NCBI GenBank assembly: GCA_036563455.1
Contig: DATCMK010000029.1
Span: 2,396 to 66,395, forward strand
Source of the DNA: Pyrinomonadaceae bacterium
GTDB lineage: Bacteria; Acidobacteriota; Blastocatellia; Pyrinomonadales; Pyrinomonadaceae
DNA length: 64,000 nt
Direction: 5' to 3'
Shown here: positions 61,243-64,000 of the stretch, in pieces
How positions within the stretch are numbered: position 1 is the first letter of the stretch
How the letters are laid out: every line of letters begins with the position of its first letter
Program-made: the position numbers and the translations under genes
The notes under the pieces: generated by a model
Told to the model about the DNA's origin: nothing
Seen by the model: the letters and a program-made list of their open reading frames with translations, nothing else
Database searches by the model: none

Positions 61243-62475
61243 ATGATCCAAAGGATAAAAAAATTCTTTGCCCGGTACCAAAACATGTCGGGCAATGTCT
61301 TCGCTTTAAGTCTGGTCAGTCTTTTGAACGACACTTCGAGCGAGATCATTTATCCTCTTTTGCCGACCTTTCTCGCCTTGACGCTCGGCGCGTCGCCGTT
61401 CGCGATCGGGCTGATCGAGGGCTTCGCCGAATCGGTCGCCGCGCTTTTGAAGCTTTTTTCCGGCTACCTGAGCGACAAATTCAATAACCGCAAACTTCCC
61501 GTTTTCATCGGCTACGCGCTCGCGAGCGTGACGCGCCCGCTGCTCGCGTTCGCCGGCAGCTGGCAGCAGGTCTTGGCCGTGCGCGTGACCGACCGGGTCG
61601 GCAAAGGCATTCGCGGCACGCCGCGCGACGCGCTTTTAGCCGATTCCGTCGCGCCCGAAAAGCGCGGGCTCGCCTTCGGTTTCAACCGCGCCGCCGACCA
61701 CATGGGCGCGGTTCTCGGTCCGGTCTGCGCGTTCGTTCTGCTTTATTTTCTGGCGGGCGATCCGCAGAATCCGACGGCGCGCGATTACCGGCAGGTTTTT
61801 CTGTTCGCTTCCGTTCCGGTCGCGCTCGGGCTTTTCGTGATCGTCTTTTTCGTCAAGGAAAAACCGCACGAAACGCCGATCGCGAGCGGCGCGCTGACGC
61901 CGATCAGGCTTTCGCTCACGGAGTTCGACGGCAACTTCAAACGCTTTCTGCTCGTCGTCGCGGTTTTCACGCTGTCGAATTCGACCGACGCGTTTCTGCT
62001 GCTGCGCGCCGAGCAGTCGGGCGTCGCGCCGCCCCTGCTGCCGCTTTTGTGGATGGCGCTGCACGTCAGCAAGGTTTTGTTCTCGCTCGTCGGCGGCGAT
62101 CTTTCCGACCGTTTCGGACGCAAAACGCTGATCTTTGCGGGCTGGCTCGTTTACGCGCTCGTTTACGCCGGTTTCGCGTTCGTCGCTTCCGAGTGGCAGG
62201 CGTGGGCTTTGTTCATCGTCTACGGCGTTTATTTCGGACTCACCGAAGGCGTCGAAAAGGCGCTCGTCGCCGATCTCGTTTCGCCGGAAAAACGCGGCAC
62301 GGCGTACGGGTTTTACAACCTCGCCTTTTCGATCACGGTTCTGCCCGCCTCGATTTTGTTCGGGCTTTTCTGGAGCAGGCTCGGCGCGGCGCCCGCCTTT
62401 CTGATCAGCGCCGCGATTTCGCTGTGCGCCGCCGTTTTGCTTTTGACCGTTAAAGCCAAACAGGAAGAAAATTAG
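61243..62475 (+). CDS. MFS transporter
   Basis: 12-transmembrane architecture and MFS loop motifs (..RVTDRVGKGIRGTPRDA..). Confidence 0.8.
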   Translation: MIQRIKKFFARYQNMSGNVFALSLVSLLNDTSSEIIYPLLPTFLALTLGASPFAIGLIEGFAESVAALLKLFSGYLSDKFNNRKLPVFIGYALASVTRPLLAFAGSWQQVLAVRVTDRVGKGIRGTPRDALLADSVAPEKRGLAFGFNRAADHMGAVLGPVCAFVLLYFLAGDPQNPTARDYRQVFLFASVPVALGLFVIVFFVKEKPHETPIASGALTPIRLSLTEFDGNFKRFLLVVAVFTLSNSTDAFLLLRAEQSGVAPPLLPLLWMALHVSKVLFSLVGGDLSDRFGRKTLIFAGWLVYALVYAGFAFVASEWQAWALFIVYGVYFGLTEGVEKALVADLVSPEKRGTAYGFYNLAFSITVLPASILFGLFWSRLGAAPAFLISAAISLCAAVLLLTVKAKQEEN

Positions 62476-62554
62476 CCACGAACGAACACGAAAGGACACG
62501 AAACATAACTTAAAAATCTTTCGTGAAAATTCGTGCCCGTCCGTGGCTAATTTT
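62468..62554. repeat. Family-1 palindromic element (copy i), containing the TAG stop of the MFS gene
   Basis: aaaATTAGCCACGAACGAACACGAAAggaCACGAAA...TTTCGTGaaaaTTCGTGCCCGTCCGTGGCTAATtttt. Confidence 0.85.
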
Positions 62555-62760
62555 TACTCCGCCCTTCTGAAATTAACACTTAATTAAGATTCGATTCACA
62601 TCCATTTAACCCGCGCGTCATATTCTCTCTTCTTGAAAGGCAATCCTATAAAAAAACAAACAAATATAATCCTCGTCGATCGCGCTTCAGAGAAAGCCGG
62701 TTGGCGCTGATTTTTATAAGGAATATCGAAAAATAAGGGCTCTTTTTAAGGAGACAATTT

Positions 62761-64000
62761 ATGAATTTATCGAAACTTAAATCTTTATTAACGCCGGCGC
62801 TGACCGCCGCGTTAACGATCATGCTCGCAGCCGGCGCGGTTTTCGCGCAGTCGTCCGACGCGCGCATTTCGGGAACCGTGACGGACGCCAACGGCGCGCT
62901 CGTCGCGGGCGCGACGATCGTCGTCAAAAACGAAAAAACCGGCGAGGAGCGCACAATCGTCGCGGGCGACGACGGCAGATTTCTCGTGCCGGCGCTGCAG
63001 CCTGCGAGTTACACGATCACGGCGAGCGCCAACGATCTGGAATTCGCGCAGCAGGGCGTTCAATTGCTCGTCGGGCAGGAAACGAACGTGCCGGTCGTCC
63101 TGCAAATCAAAGGGACGGTCGTGCAAGTCGACGTGGTTACAAACGAAGAGCTCGCCATCAACACTTCCTCGGCGAGCATCAGCGCGAACGTCAACCAGCG
63201 CGAAGTGCAGGGTTTGCCGGTCAACGGCCGGCAGCTCTCGCAGCTCTATCTGCAGGCGCCCGGTTCGGTCAACAGCGGCACCGGCACGTTCGGCGACGTG
63301 CGGTTTTCCGGGCGCGCCGTCCAGCAGAACGTGATTCGCTACGACGGCGTCGAGGGCACGGCGATCATCGACGCCTCGCCCGGCAATTTGAACGGCGAAG
63401 TGCCGTCGCCTTTCCGTTTGCAGTCTTCTCTCGAAAACGTGCAGGAATTCCGCGTCGATTCGTCGAACTTTCCGGCGGAATACGGAACCGGCACGGGCGG
63501 GCAGATCAACGTCGTGACGAAATCCGGCGGCAACGAATTTCACGGCTCGGCGTTCGAATACCTGCGCCGCGATTCGCTCGACGCGCGCAACTTCTTCGAC
63601 AACGTGACGCCGGGCGTCTCGAAAAGCAAGCTCACGCTCGACCAGTTCGGCGGATCGGTCGGCGGACCGCTCGTCAAAGATAAATTTTTCTTCTTTTTCT
63701 CTTACGAGCAGTATCGCGGGCGCTTCGGCCTGAACTTCGTCGAAGCCGCGCCGAGCCTCAGCCTCGCGCAGCCGGGCGCGATCATTCCCGGCTCGGTGAC
63801 GGCACAAAACCCGAACGGAACGCCCGTCAATCCCGCCATTCAGCCGTTCGTCGCCGCCTTCCGCTCGCCGGACGCGACCGTCATCCCGAACGCTTCGGCG
63901 ACGAACGGCTTTGAGATCCTGCAATTGCAGGCGGAGGAAAAGACCGACGAACGCTCGTTCGCGCTGAGGCTCGATTACCAGCTCAACCAGATGAACAAGG
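62761..64000 (+). CDS. TonB-dependent receptor with an N-terminal carboxypeptidase-regulatory-like domain (partial, runs off the window)
   Basis: Signal peptide MNLSKLKSLLTPALTAALTIMLAAGAVFAQ. A CarbopepD_reg-like domain (RISGTVTDANGALVAGATIVVKNEKTGE..), then a plug-like region (..NVVTKSGGNEFHGSAFEY..). Confidence 0.7.
   Translation, partial: MNLSKLKSLLTPALTAALTIMLAAGAVFAQSSDARISGTVTDANGALVAGATIVVKNEKTGEERTIVAGDDGRFLVPALQPASYTITASANDLEFAQQGVQLLVGQETNVPVVLQIKGTVVQVDVVTNEELAINTSSASISANVNQREVQGLPVNGRQLSQLYLQAPGSVNSGTGTFGDVRFSGRAVQQNVIRYDGVEGTAIIDASPGNLNGEVPSPFRLQSSLENVQEFRVDSSNFPAEYGTGTGGQINVVTKSGGNEFHGSAFEYLRRDSLDARNFFDNVTPGVSKSKLTLDQFGGSVGGPLVKDKFFFFFSYEQYRGRFGLNFVEAAPSLSLAQPGAIIPGSVTAQNPNGTPVNPAIQPFVAAFRSPDATVIPNASATNGFEILQLQAEEKTDERSFALRLDYQLNQMNK

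Overview
This 64-kb window is GC-rich (roughly 58-60% by eye) and densely coding, with about 58 protein genes, one tRNA (CAT anticodon), no rRNA, no CRISPR array and no recognisable transposase, integrase or prophage genes. The gene content looks like the core chromosome of an Acidobacteriota-like organism: TonB C-terminal domain proteins, a PEGA/TPR protein, a Ser/Thr kinase fused to a TolB-like beta-propeller, and a TonB-dependent receptor with a carboxypeptidase-regulatory-like N-terminus. That taxonomic guess is inference only.

Recognisable blocks, in order:
- ackA
- a convergent DUF790 (Bax1-like nuclease) / XPB-type helicase pair
- M1 aminopeptidase, a TonB-like protein and a secreted amidohydrolase
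- a nucleoside-salvage cluster (cdd, udk, PNP) with two orphan ABC permeases
- a heat-shock island (hsp20, clpB, grpE, a ClpA/C-like ATPase)
- truB, recX and a flotillin locus
- alaS
- a spore-photoproduct-lyase-like radical-SAM DNA repair gene
- Lrp/EamA, an Ser/Thr kinase, ALDH, GNAT and a LigB-type dioxygenase
- nhaA and tRNA-Met
- recN and a PF06089 asparaginase-like gene
- several peptidases (M14, YpfJ, M50), HU/IHF, yacG, an MFS transporter and a TonB-dependent receptor

I did not find a multi-gene accessory system that I would confidently call a novel system. The most unusual signal is at the DNA level: at least nine copies of an intergenic palindromic repeat family (core GCCRCGAAC..CACGAAA // TTTCGTG..GTTCGYGGC, often beginning AATTAGCC). 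These sit downstream of genes, in several cases supply or abut the stop codon, and flank genes such as recN, the asparaginase-like gene and the SplB-like gene. There is also a second family built on CTTTGCG repeats and a CAGTAG-heptamer repeat/hairpin pair.

Other points worth follow-up:
- an HspR-type (HAIR-like) inverted repeat overlapping a textbook sigma70 promoter in front of hsp20
- the convergent Bax1-like/XPB pair
- a spore-photoproduct-lyase homolog in what looks like a non-sporulating lineage
- two low-GC noncoding/small-ORF islands that may encode sRNAs
- candidate operator palindromes in the divergent promoter region next to yacG

All coordinates for non-ORF features were read by hand and may be off by 1-2 bp; in a few places my hand counts disagree with the ORF track by 1 bp.
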